A stretch of DNA of 63,893 nt, filler included, from Octopus bimaculoides (taxonomy: Eukaryota): NCBI RefSeq assembly GCF_001194135.2. It is 8 parts of 7 records of this genome, joined end to end, with 100 filler letters (N's around TTAATTAATTAA, not from the genome) between each part and the next. Parts side by side here need not be neighbours in the genome. Positions count along the whole stretch, not along the records: positions 27,494 to 55,999 come from NC_068988.1; 7 more parts are not named here. One strand, 5' to 3'. The position numbers and the translations under genes were made by a program. Below are positions 37,841 to 50,620 of the stretch, piece after piece (position 1 is the stretch's first letter; each line of letters opens with the position of its first letter). The notes under the pieces are model-generated. The model searched no databases and was not told the DNA's origin. It saw only the letters and a list, made by a program, of their open reading frames with translations.

Positions 37841-38428
37841 ATGTGCATCTCTGATTACGAGCAGAAGTAGTGGGGGAGCATCATAGCCATATGTTGAGAG
37901 GAATTCCTTGGAGTTTGGATAATTCACCTCTGGAAACATGGATGTTTCATTCAACATCCTTAAACAACCCTTATTCAGGGACCTTTTGACCTGAAGAAAA
38001 TTCTAAGATGGCCCCACATGCAAGGTCATGCGCTGTTTATCTTGGTATGAGATCACCATGTCGCCCACATATGGTTGTGACGCATGTGCCTCGTGTAGTC
38101 ATGATGGATATACTAGGTTTCGTATATTTTACCCCAGTGTCACTTTGATGGCATATAGTGTTCTCTCACTTAGATGGGCTACAGCAAATATTCTGCTTAA
38201 TACCACAGATTTGCATGTTAGCTGTTTGACCTTAACCAGTTGAGCATGTCCCTTGGTGGCTGACGATATGTGCATCTCTGATCATGAGCAGAAGTAGTGG
38301 GGGAGCATCATAGCCATGTGTTGAGAGGAGTTCTTTGGGATTTGAATAATTCACCTTTGAAAACATGGGTGTTTTGCTCAACATCCTTAAACAAACCTTA
38401 TTCAGGGACCTTTTAAGCGGGATGGGCT
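37841..38428. mobile_element. two abutting family E partial copies
   Basis: Homologous to 34797-35353 and bounded by gaps. Confidence 0.8.
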
Positions 38429-40712
38429 NNNNNNNNNNNNNNNNNNNNNNNNNNNNNNNNNNNNNNNNNNNNNNNNNNNNNNNNNNNNNNNNNNNNNNNN
38501 NNNNNNNNNNNNNNNNNNNNNNNNNNNNNNNNNNNNNNNNNNNNNNNNNNNNNNNNNNNNNNNNNNNNNNNNNNNNNNNNNNNNNNNNNNNNNNNNNNNN
38601 NNNNNNNNNNNNNNNNNNNNNNNNNNNNNNNNNNNNNNNNNNNNNNNNNNNNNNNNNNNNNNNNNNNNNNNNNNNNNNNNNNNNNNNNNNNNNNNNNNNN
38701 NNNNNNNNNNNNNNNNNNNNNNNNNNNNNNNNNNNNNNNNNNNNNNNNNNNNNNNNNNNNNNNNNNNNNNNNNNNNNNNNNNNNNNNNNNNNNNNNNNNN
38801 NNNNNNNNNNNNNNNNNNNNNNNNNNNNNNNNNNNNNNNNNNNNNNNNNNNNNNNNNNNNNNNNNNNNNNNNNNNNNNNNNNNNNNNNNNNNNNNNNNNN
38901 NNNNNNNNNNNNNNNNNNNNNNNNNNNNNNNNNNNNNNNNNNNNNNNNNNNNNNNNNNNNNNNNNNNNNNNNNNNNNNNNNNNNNNNNNNNNNNNNNNNN
39001 NNNNNNNNNNNNNNNNNNNNNNNNNNNNNNNNNNNNNNNNNNNNNNNNNNNNNNNNNNNNNNNNNNNNNNNNNNNNNNNNNNNNNNNNNNNNNNNNNNNN
39101 NNNNNNNNNNNNNNNNNNNNNNNNNNNNNNNNNNNNNNNNNNNNNNNNNNNNNNNNNNNNNNNNNNNNNNNNNNNNNNNNNNNNNNNNNNNNNNNNNNNN
39201 NNNNNNNNNNNNNNNNNNNNNNNNNNNNNNNNNNNNNNNNNNNNNNNNNNNNNNNNNNTATATATATATATATATATATATGCATGTATGTGTAGCCTTT
39301 TGTAGAGCATTCTGGAAACGTTAGCTGCGATAAATCAACGTTTTAGTAGAAATATGTAAATAAAATCAATTAACCTACAACTATCTTCCGTAAACAATTA
39401 GTTTTGTGTCTAATCAATATAATTTAGTTAATGAATTGCCAAAAAATCTATTTCTTCTTATAAAGTAATATTTCTCAAATATGCTAATATGTTTTATAGA
39501 CGGGCAAACATGATACAGACTAACTGAAGATAACTACTTCGGTATCAGCTATTAGAGTGACGGAACACAACATAGATTGTTTTGTCTGAGTGGTTTTTTT
39601 TTTCCAGAAATGTAAAGATAGTATTGAGAAATAATGCAAAATCGAAATGATACATTAATGAAGCAATAGAATATTCTGAAAAAGTATAACGGTAACCTGT
39701 AATTAAAGTTTTAAAACGTTTGTCTGAGAAGGCTTCAGGCTGTAAAGCAGGAAATCTATGTTCGTCATTAATTTTAGTTACTGACATAATTTTCGATTAT
39801 TTCACAACAGAAAATCAATATTTCTTTGCAACAGAGGTCGGGTATTTAGCAGAAACAGCCGACCGCCCCGACTAAATGATTCTTACTTCAAATCCTACTT
39901 GGTTCGTGAAAAGACATCGAAATATATTGAACACGGGTATGACTCTATGTCCAGAAATTCGTATTGCATTAATGTAGAATTAGTACTTTGTGAAAGTACT
40001 TCGTATCATTTTAGCTTCAGTTTCACAAAACTTTCTCCGTGAAATTTGATGGCAGATCTAATTCCTACCTAATCTATCTATATTATTTCTAATCCCTGTA
40101 TTATCAATTTAGATATATTTCTAATTCTTACAATATATGTCTACTTCAGTGCTTAATTGATAAATAGTAATGCTATTCAGATGTTGATTTTTTTTTCTTC
40201 TCCAAGGAAAAAAATCGATAATATTTAGCAAAATCAACCAATTTTTGATTACTTTAATTGACTTTACTGGTACAGAGACAGGCGTTAAAGTACGCATTCA
40301 TGAATTAATCACTTTGTCGACAATTTGTCCAAATGCGATTCTTTTGAGTCATTTTAGAAGCATTTCAGTGGAAACTATCTCAGTTTTCATAAATTTAATA
40401 GGTTTGCAGACAAAATTCATTTCGCATAGTAAAGTGATCAAACACAAGGTGATAAGACAACCAAGCTGTTGCTTCTTAGATGAAGTAATATTAATTTTCT
40501 CATTGGACTGGATTCTCTCCTTTGTTCGCTCTGTAAGTTAGTTAATCTATCTGGAACCCATTCCTGTTGACTAATATCCATAAACTACTCCACAATCATC
40601 CTAAAAATATCATACTACTGTGAGCTAGTATAGAACACAGAGACCTGTGAAATGAAAGACAAAAGAGGTTAGTTTTAATATAAAGATAAAAAATAAGTTT
40701 GTAATTGTTGAT

Positions 40713-41112
40713 CACCTCCCTAAATCGTTAATCAGCTCTCTAAACCCATAATCATCTCCCTAAGCAGTTATTCAGTTCCCTAATCCATTAGTCAGCTCCT
40801 TAAACCCTTAATCAGTTTCCTAAACTATCTATCAATTCCCTAAACCATTAACTAGTTACATAAATCCGTAATCACCTCCCTAGACCGTTAATCAGTTCCC
40901 TAAGCGATTAATTCAACTCCCTAAACCGTTAATAAATTCCCTAAATCATTAATCAGTTTCCTAAACTATTGATCAGCTCCCTAAACAGTTAATCATTTCG
41001 CTAAGCCTCAAGCATTAGCTAGTTTCTTAAACCTCTAATTAATTTCATAAATCGTTAATCAGCTCCCTAAACTGTTAATCGACTCCCTAAACTTTAATCA
41101 GCTCTCTAAATG
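40713..41112. repeat. 20-bp minisatellite, ~19 diverged copies
   Basis: The period is visible in the 10-base columns; consensus is approximately TAAACCGTTAATCAGCTCCC. Confidence 0.92.
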
Positions 41113-42414
41113 TTATCCCAACCTAAATACAGTATCCAACAGTATCCCATAACTGATATTAGCGACTTAATAACATCTCTCTTCCTTTGGTAACAATCAT
41201 TAAATATTTCCAGTCTTCAACTATATCAGGGCACTGATCTAACAAACTAAGATGTTCAAGAACAGACGACAGCTCCTTTTTCCTGTTTAATCAAGGGTAG
41301 AATGGCCTTTATCAGGGTAGGAGGAAACTGGTGGAAGCGAGTGATGAATGTATCCTCACTGGAAACCTGACTCGAAGGTTTGCAACAGAACGGACTCCAC
41401 TAAAAAGACCAAAGTAGCAGGCGGTGGTGTAAAACAAGGGTGACGAATAGGTATACCATCCCATGACAGAAGCAGCTCCTCTGACTGGAAGGTCGTGGCT
41501 TTGGTGGAAGGCACTTGCCTAGGGATCGAACCTAAAAGCATGGAGTTGCGAAGCGAGTTTATTATTAACTATAAAGAGGTGGATCTCCGATGAGAATTCA
41601 GATGTTCGATCTGAATCACCTACTATTAAATCAATGACTAAGTGGCTGAAATTTAAACAGAACAGAAACGTGTACACTTAACGTAATTCTCTAGCAGAAT
41701 CGGCGTAACACAGGGTATTTCGAAGCTGTACTTGTTGAATTACGAGTACAATCCACTTGACAGGCTTCTGTTTCACTCACAAGGTAATGACTACCCTAAA
41801 GCAGTTTAAAATGACATTTGCCCCAAATGCCTGCAGTGGGATAGAAGCTGATATCTCATGGTTACGAAGCGATCCTCTTAAACATTCAGCCCTACTACGC
41901 CTACAAACCACCGACTACTTGTATAATAAATATAAGAGGGAATAATTTCGTCGTTTAGTTATGATCGAATATATTAACAGCTACAAGTCGAAAATATAGA
42001 ATCAGTAACGCCCTGGTTTTGTTGCTATTAGAGATATGTGTATCCAGACTGGAACAGTAACAAAACGTACAAGAATCGATATATTTAGGGAAAACATTGG
42101 AGACAATGTTAAGATTTATACGTTTTTTCGCTGAAATATATGAGAAATTGTGATCTAATTGTGATTACCCTTAAACAAAACATTTTTACTCTTCTTTCTT
42201 TTATTATAACTGGAAGTGTGACGTTTTAAGGTATTGCAGATCAATCTATTTATTGATCTCCACTCCTTCTACCTTATGAAGTACATTGATCTGATTACTA
42301 CCGAAATTATCTCAGTGACCTGGTCAATGTGCTATCTACAAATTACGTCATCGGCATCGATTTTTTTTTCCTCTCTACGGGGCTTTGACAGAAAATTAAT
42401 GCACGCATATTATC

Positions 42415-43260
42415 AGTAGCTAGCACTGTATTGGTATAATTAATGGTAGGAGTTAGAAATACTATATCGCTATAGTAGTAGTTGATAGTCCTGTACTGAC
42501 AATACAGATAGTAATAGTAGTAGTTAGTATACTTAACTGTTGTAGTCAGTAGCACTGTACTAGTATAGTTAGTTACAGTAGCCAGTGGCAATGTGCTCAT
42601 ATAGTTAATTGTTGTACTTAATAGTATTGCAAATATAATAGTAGTTAGTAGTAGTGTACTGCTTGTGCAGTTAGTAGTAATAGTTAGTATAGTTGGTAGA
42701 GTTAGTAGCGGTATAGTAATATAGTTAGTAATGCGGTACTAAAGCAGTTAGTAGAAGTAGTACTACACGGTTCTAGTCAACAGCACTGTACTAATTTAGT
42801 CAGTACCGCTGTGCGAATATAGTTAGTGGTAGTAGTCAGAAGTATTGTACGGGTATAGTAGGTGTTAATAGTTAGTAGTATTGTATTGGTATTTTTAGTT
42901 GTATAGTAGTAGTATAGTTAATAATACTGTACTGATAGTTACTAATAGCTAGTTAGTACAGAGCTAATTTAGTCAGTACCAGTGTTCGATCGTAGTTAGT
43001 AGTTGTAGTCAGAAGCACCGTACTGGTACAGTTAGTGTTAAAGATTAGTAGCACTGTACTGGTATTTTTAGTTGTACAGTGGTGGTATAGTTAACAGTTC
43101 TGTACTGATGGATTTAGCAGTGATCTACAGATATGGTTAATACTAATTAAAAGTACTGTATTGAAATTGTTAGTAATTGAAATTACTGAAATTGTTAGTA
43201 CTAGTAAGCAATACTCCAGTCTTATAGTTAGCATTCATTACTAGTTATTAGTACTCGTTA
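42415..43260. repeat. degenerate TAG/TAC-based low-complexity satellite with an internal ~175-bp duplication
   Basis: GCACTGTACT and AGTTAGTAG recur. CTAATTTAGTCAGTACC...GTAGTCAGAAG...GGTATTTTTAGTTGTA occurs at ~42790 and ~42965. Confidence 0.8.
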
Positions 43261-43593
43261 GCTGTGTTGTTGATACAGGATGCGGCAGAACAAACACCCA
43301 AGCATATTAGCAAGTGAAGTTAAACAGGTGGCAACGATGTTTTCATGTAGCTAATTAATGTTTTGATTTTCTAGTTTCTGTTACCATCATGGTTTGGATC
43401 GGCGCACACTGTACTCTTGCTATTGAAACGTTTGTCAACCTGTAAAATGTGGGAAATTTTTTGTTTGAGTTTTGTTGTTTTTTTACCCCTCCCTGTGCAT
43501 GTTAGTAGTAGTTGTAGTTAAATCAAATTCGGTCACTTTAGTTGATTTTATGTGAATGATATTGATACGTGATGCACTGGGAAAGACACACTC

Positions 43594-43674
<81 letters not shown>

Positions 43675-44538
43675 GGTGGTGGTGGTGGTAGTGGTTTTTG
43701 TTGTTGTTGTTGTTATTATTATTATTATCATTATTATTATTATTATTATTATTATTTGCTATTTAGCTTATAGATTATTTGACCAATTGTTTGATCAACC
43801 TGTTAGTGGGTGGTTTGTCAGACTCCATTCGTCGTCATTTACATCCTCGTCAATGACTGTGATGTACGAACTGTGATGCAGCATGGTAGTTAAATGTGAG
43901 AAATGAATTCTTAAGATCTCTAAAGATTGAAAAGTAATTAAGTGATCATGATCTGTTGGATGTTAGTAAAACATTTATGAAGATAAACTGATAGAGAGAG
44001 AAAAAACTGAATATACATGGAATCAGGTTTATTGTGCAAGTGAGATAACTGTGTTCGTTCAAACATGCAGTGCGCATGGATAATGGCAAATGGGGTAAAG
44101 AAATGCCAGGAAACCCAAGTGGAAAGAAATATTTGATGAGAAAGACCGAGGAAAGAAATGGACAGAAGAGTTGAAGACCGATCTCAGCATAACAAACCTC
44201 ACAAAAGAACCTAACAAAAGACATGAATCGCCACTCACCTAATTACCCATTATTGACATCCATCACTCCCTCTTAACACCAACTATTTCTATATCTATCC
44301 ATCACACGTTGCCCCTCACACTCTCTCTTTTTCTCCCTTTCTCTCTTTCTTTCTTCCTCTCTCTCTCTCTATCTGTTCCTCAATCTCTCCCCCTCTCTCT
44401 CTCTCTTTCTCTGTCTCAAGACCTTTTCAATTACTGTGTCTATCATTACATACTGCCATCATTGTTTCCATCTTTCACGTTACGTAGCACTACCTGTTCC
44501 ATTACTCCCTCCCTTTACACACTGTCATTCTAATCTTT

Positions 44539-44579
<41 letters not shown>

Positions 44580-45929
44580 CACCATACTCTCACCTTTTTC
44601 TCTCTTCCTACCTTGATTCATATTCGACACACTCTTTCTCTTCTACCTCCTGTACGGGTCATGTCACCTCAAACGAAGGCAACGAATAATGATGAGAAAC
44701 CTTTTTTGTCTTGCAGGGTACAAGTCAATCATACTACAGCTGGTGTCACGGTATAACACAACCAGTCAAACCTGATTTGTCGTTGAACAGAGACAACATA
44801 GGGTCGAAAACATTTTAGTCTCGTTCCGTTGGTGATATGACTGCTCTCTAGAGTTGATATCCCAATAGAATGCATCCAGTACATTCTGTAAAGTGGTTGC
44901 TATTAGGGTATCAAGCTATAACAGCGTGGAAAGCGAAGAAAAAATAGATGATGATAGGTAGGTAGGTAGGTAGGTAGGTAGGTCGGTAGGTAGGAATGCA
45001 TGAACAGACAGACAGACAGATATATAGATAGAAAGATAGGTGCATGGATGATGGGGTGATTTGGAGTTTGTGTGGGTGAATACACAGATGTCTCAAGCGT
45101 TTTCAGCAAGATGAACAATTAATCTATGTTTTGGAAGGTTGTTCTGTCTTCTGAATAAATAGCTGCTAAGCAAGAGTGGAAATCTAACATTATTAGTGTT
45201 ACTCTACATTACTATGTTCAGCATATTTACGAATGGGAGAAGTATTTATCTGTGTGAGCATGCGAGCGAGAGAGAGAGAGACAGAGACAGAGAGAGACAG
45301 AGACAGAGAGAGACAGAGACAGAGAGAGACAGAGACAGAGTTTTCGTTGTCATCTGCGACGATAATTTGCAATATATTTATCTCTATCTACACACATTCG
45401 CAAGTGTTGCCACATTTATAAAATCTATAAATGGAGTATTGATAGACGTACTATCAATATACCTCTATGCATGTATTACTTTCTCTGTCTTATATACTAA
45501 GCGAGAAGTCTTGTTGTTGTAACTGCCTACTGCATTACTTGGCTCTTAGGGTCAGCTGTTGACCCCTTGATCCGTATAACTTGATCTCTATAATATAGAT
45601 TGTATCCATACACGCGCGCGTGCGCGCTTAGGATATGTAGGAGCAGCTGTACTCTATTGAACTGAATATAGTAAATCTTTCTTGCAAACCAACGGCGGAA
45701 TAAATGCCACGACGAAGCCCACTAGTGAGATTTGAAATCGGTCATTAATCAACGAACTTAATTACTACTCAGCATGTTACTACCCTCTGTGCCACCCTTA
45801 CTGACCTGATAATAATATCATAATAAATTATATTAAGATAATAGTAATAATAAAAACGGTCTCAAATTTTGGTACAACGCCAGTAGTTTTATGGATGTGG
45901 GGTTAGTTGCATTTTTATCTTTTTTTTTT

Positions 45930-46075
45930 ATCGTTTTACCTCTTTCAGTCATTTGACTACAGCCATGCAGGAGCAGTACTCATTTTTTAAAGCCTGGTAC
46001 TTCTTTTATGGGTCACTTTTGCCGAACTGGTTGTTAATCGATTGTGGAGGACAATCACTGATAAAAAGACAAATA

Positions 46076-46149
<74 letters not shown>

Positions 46150-46310
46150 TACGATGGGCTTCTTTCAGTTTCCATCTAGCAAATTACAGTACTTTGGTCG
46201 GCCCGAGATTATTGTAGAAGACGCTTACCTAAAGTGCCCACGCAGTGGGACTGAACTTGACACATGTGGTTAGGAAGCAAGCTTTTTACACCGCAGCAAC
46301 GCATGCGCCT
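45930..46310 (-). mobile_element. SINE family D with internal (GT)n
   Basis: Tail ~45930-46075, (GT)n 46078-46146, and head ending ...GTGGGACTGAAC...GGAAGCAAGCTT...CATGCGCCT. Confidence 0.75.
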
Positions 46311-47508
46311 ATAGTTTATAATTCAAGTTTCTATGTTTTCGAAAAACAAAGGATTGAAGTTAAACAGTTTCATATTATATATTTGAGAGGATTAACAAAG
46401 TTCGTTGACTAGTTATCATTGGTCGTGTTTATGCAACGTCTTGTAAGAAGCAAATCAATTCTATAATCTTTCCCCAGCGCGGCATAGCAAACGATCACAT
46501 TAGTGTATGTGTATATATATTACTGTTCCGTTATAGGCAGGATCAACAAAAAGTATTCCATCTAGTGAGAGACAAATAGCATTTAATATACACAGAATTT
46601 GAAAAAAAAAACTACTTATAGTCTCATACTGTAGAGATACAATAATTTTGCGGATTTATATAACATGCCATATAATATGGCGGATTTATATAACAGCAAT
46701 ATGTTCAGCGCATATTGTTAGACCTATCCGAAAATCAGGACCCTGGTCTATGAGAAAGTATAAGAAAAATGAGAAGAAAAAGGCCAATAAAAAAGTGCAG
46801 CGTGAAGAAAGAAGAGAAAAGTAAGAAAACCAAGATCATCGTCCCTTTTGTCTGTTGAAATCATAATTAGCCTAGTTGGCGTAGAATAACATAACGGAGA
46901 GTGGGGAACAAAGTTTATGAGTAGCTACTCAGTCCTGAGAGGATGGCGTTCTCCAGTTCGACTAAAGAAATTTGTTCAGGCACCTACATTTCGTATGTTA
47001 TGTGTAACTGAAAGATCGCAAATTCTTTTTAGATCCAAGAATTCCAGCTCACTACTTAATTTCAAATCAGAAATTTTAAGCAAATTCGTGAAACTATTAG
47101 TAGTTTTTTTATAATTGTGTGTGTGTGTGTGTGTGAGTGTATATATACACACACACACATANNNNNNNNNNNNNNNNNNNNNNNNNNNNNNNNNNNNNNN
47201 NNNNNNNNNNNNNNNNNNNNNNNNNNNNNNNNNNNNNNNATATATATATATATATACATTACGAAAATTTTCTTGATTTAGTTCCAATATTTAGAAGCAA
47301 AATAATTTAATAATATTCATAAATTAAAAATCAAAAATTATATTTAAAGAAGGTCTTTTCAAAGAAAAGCAGACTTGTAAGAAGAAAGTTTTTTGTGTAC
47401 GCATACAAAAGCTTCCTTCCCTTATGTCTTTGTTAATCAGCTCTTTTTAAATATTTTTTATATATATATATATATAATTTATAAGTTTTAACTGAGAAAA
47501 TCTTCTTC

Positions 47509-47548
<40 letters not shown>

Positions 47549-48962
47549 GACCAACTGTAGCGGATCCAAATTGTTAAACCACCTTCCAGAAAAAGTTGGT
47601 AAAAATACTATTTTTCTATCATTTCATGTGGTAAATCTGCATATTACTATACCACATCACTATGTTCTAGAGGTCATAGAATTCTGGATTAAAAAATTTC
47701 CCAGGCCGAACAGAAAAAACTCTAATTACTGAAGGAACAAAATTTATTTAACGATACTTTTTAATTCAATGGCTGCACTTACAAACATATATATGTTTGT
47801 ATATGGGAACGAACGATGCTCCTACTTATGCTAATATAGTAACGGCATACCTAGAGATTCAAATGTATGAACAATCTAAACTAATATTTGGAAACAACTT
47901 CCACAAATACCTATATAAAATTGGAAATATTACTTAGATGACTGTCTCATTCCGTAAACTTAAGGTCTTGATTAATTTTATGATTTTAAAACCCTAATTA
48001 ACAATATTCTCAATAATATACACTTTACAATTGAAAACAATTAACAACTATTACTGCATATTTTAATTATGAAAAAGACGCAAACATCGAAACCAGCATT
48101 CGGTACAAACCGATAAATTCGAGACAATACTTGCTATACATTCCATACAATCAAAACGCACCAAAACAAAAATGACATTAAATTTAGAAGAAGAATATGT
48201 TTAATTGTTTCGAATTTGGAAAAGAGGAATAACAAACTCCAAAAACTGAAAGAAAAGAAATATTACTTCATAGACAAACCCCAACAATGTTAATTGATTA
48301 CCAAAACAATAGACATTCAAGAATTACGAAGAACAAAAATCAATTGCAGTACATGAAACTCTCTTGCGTAGATAACAACACGCAACCCAGGGAATGCAGA
48401 AGTGTACAACATTATCCATCAAAACATCCCATCAGTGAATAAAGACCCAAGGATGAGAAAAGCGCTCGGACCAGTGAAAATGATTAAAAGCAAAAGATAA
48501 CCAAAATCTTTTAAGGAATTATTAATCAATGCCAAATTGCCTTGCAAAACAACAACTCCATTTTTCAAAAGGTGAGGTTTTCTCAACTGCGAAACTTGCA
48601 TCTGCCTTACGGAAGACACATTCTATAAATTCAAATCAGGACACATCTTCCCTGTAAAAAATAACTCCGTCCCTTCTTCAAGAAATTTAATTTATGCGAT
48701 TAAATGTAAAAGTTGTGATGAACATTATAGAGAAACAAAGCTTTCTTTGAAAAACAGACTTACTATACACAGGCAGCAAATAGAAGACCCTAATGCTAAA
48801 CAGATTCCTCAGGGTGAACACTTAGACATATGTACAACAAACAGCACCCTTAAATTCGTAGTCGTCCCACTTTATTTTTGGTCTGATAAAACTACAAATC
48901 AAATTCGGATAAATAAAGAAAATTTTTATTATAAAATATAAACCACAATTTAATAAGCTATA
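47549..48962 (+). mobile_element. decayed, 5'-truncated Penelope-like element (RT + GIY-YIG)
   Basis: Interrupted frames give LPEKVGKNTIFLSFHVVNLHITIPH, MGTNDAPTYANIVTAYLE, YYLDDCLI, YKPINSRQYL and NLIYAIKCKSCDEHY..ETKLSLKNRLTIHRQQI. Confidence 0.9.
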
Positions 48963-49289
48963 ACAATATAACGCACATACGAGTCCCTAACTTAAATTTG
49001 AAACCGCAACGGATTGTTTGGAAATCTTCAGAAAAGTGATAGACGGAAAAGCAGAATTTCCAAATACGGTACTGACGTCAGCAAATAATTGACTAACAAC
49101 TTGTTTTCGACAAAACAACTAGCGGATCATTTGACGTCATCATCATAATGCTTAAAATTAGAAAACGTAAAACGTTGTTAAGAAATCTTCACGAGAAGAA
49201 CTACGACACAGAAAACGTCTGTGATAAAACTCAAGATTACATTACTTTCGTAAAAAACAAAATTATTTGTTGTAGTATATTGTCAACTT

Positions 49290-49539
49290 AATGTGACAAT
49301 CCCAATAAGGGAACACACTACTGCCGTTTAGCCCTAGGAAGCTGGACCGCTTCCTGTCGGCCTTGACACAATTACTGTGTCCTTAAGTTTGCGAGGGGGA
49401 GACAAGCTCCTCCACCCAGCCTAGCCAGCATTCAGGGACATGTTTCTGAGTCTTTGCTCGTCATCAGCCTGAAGTAGCTTGGCAGCTGGTTAAAGAAGCC
49501 TGTTTAGCCCTCGCAAACTTATGATTTACATTCAGGCTG
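49290..49539 (-). mobile_element. GC-richer structured element containing a hammerhead motif, cut by a gap
   Basis: Composition shifts relative to the flanks. It holds the HHR at 49431-49473 and a 14-bp inverted repeat at 49384-49397/49508-49521. Confidence 0.5.
49431..49473 (-). ncRNA. type-I hammerhead ribozyme motif
   Basis: UUCAGG-CUGAUGA-C-GAG-CAAAGA-CUC-A-GAA-ACAUGU-C-CCUGAA: perfect 6-bp stem I, canonical core nucleotides, palindromic stem III and a GUC site. Confidence 0.75.
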
Positions 49540-50137
49540 NNNNNNNNNNNNNNNNNNNNNNNNNNNNNNNNNNNNNNNNNNNNNNNNNNNNNNNNNNNNN
49601 NNNNNNNNNNNNNNNNNNNNNNNNNNNNNNNNNNNNNNNNNNNNNNNNNNNNNNNNNNNNNNNNNNNNNNNNNNNNNNNNNNNNNNNNNNNNNNNNNNNN
49701 NNNNNNNNNNNNNNNNNNNNNNNNNNNNNNNNNNNNNNNNNNNNNNNNNNNNNNNNNNNNNNNNNNNNNNNNNNNNNNNNNNNNNNNNNNNNNNNNNNNN
49801 NNNNNNNNNNNNNNNNNNNNNNNNNNNNNNNNNNNNNNNNNNNNNNNNNNNNNNNNNNNNNNNNNNNNNNNNNNNNNNNNNNNNNNNNNNNNNNNNNNNN
49901 NNNNNNNNNNNNNNNNNNNNNNNNNNNNNNNNNNNNNNNNNNNNNNNNNNNNNNNNNNNNNNNNNNNNNNNNNNNNNNNNNNNNNNNNNNNNNNNNNNNN
50001 NNNNNNNNNNNNNNNNNNNNNNNNNNNNNNNNNNNNNNNNNNNNNNNNNNNNNNNNNNNNNNNNNNNNNNNNNNNNNNNNNNNNNNNNNNNNNNNNNNNN
50101 NNNNNNNNNNNNNNNNNNNNNNNNNNNNNNNNNNNNN

Positions 50138-50164
<27 letters not shown>

Positions 50165-50170
<6 letters not shown>

Positions 50171-50620
50171 TTCCTTCATTCTAGAACATTTCCTTTGCTC
50201 GCGTAGCAGTTGTTAATTATACTACTATACCAGTACTTAAATATGGAACCTGTAATACTTGGCTAATTATGCGAGTGACTTGCTCAAGTGTTACTCTGCC
50301 AGATATTATCAGCATCTCAGCGACAGTACTCAATGGGCCAGCTCCGTTCCCAGTCTCCATATCCTTAATGACTCTTTTCAACATATAACTGTTCCCTTTA
50401 ATTGTTGACCCTTCTGTTGGGTATAATTCATGTAGTTCCTCTTCGTTCGACAGATTTCTGTATTCAACAGCCTCTCATATAAATATTTTCATACCTCTTT
50501 CTTCTCCTCTTCACACTGCTTTCCAATCTGGAACATCTCTCACCTCTAAGCCTCTCGACACAAAACACACTCAAACCATCTGCTTTCGGGTCACTCCACG
50601 CTAAGTAAACTTGTCAAGTT
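50165..50620 (-). mobile_element. decayed RTE-clade LINE fragment
   Basis: Minus-strand peptides EKKEV*KYLYERLLNTE, VIKDMETGNGAGPLSTVAEMLIISG and SSIINNCYASKGNVLE*RNY match the RTE pre-RT region. Confidence 0.75.

Noticed and set aside
40713-41112. CRISPR-like or coding-repeat interpretation of the short-period arrays
   Set aside because: The units are contiguous with no unique spacers, the 20-bp period is not a codon multiple, and the context is eukaryotic with no cas genes.
49187-49225. Possible HHR ghost at the 3' end of the 47.5-kb PLE (GAGAAGA...GAAAACGTC-TGTGA)
   Set aside because: The core is too degenerate and there is no stem II.
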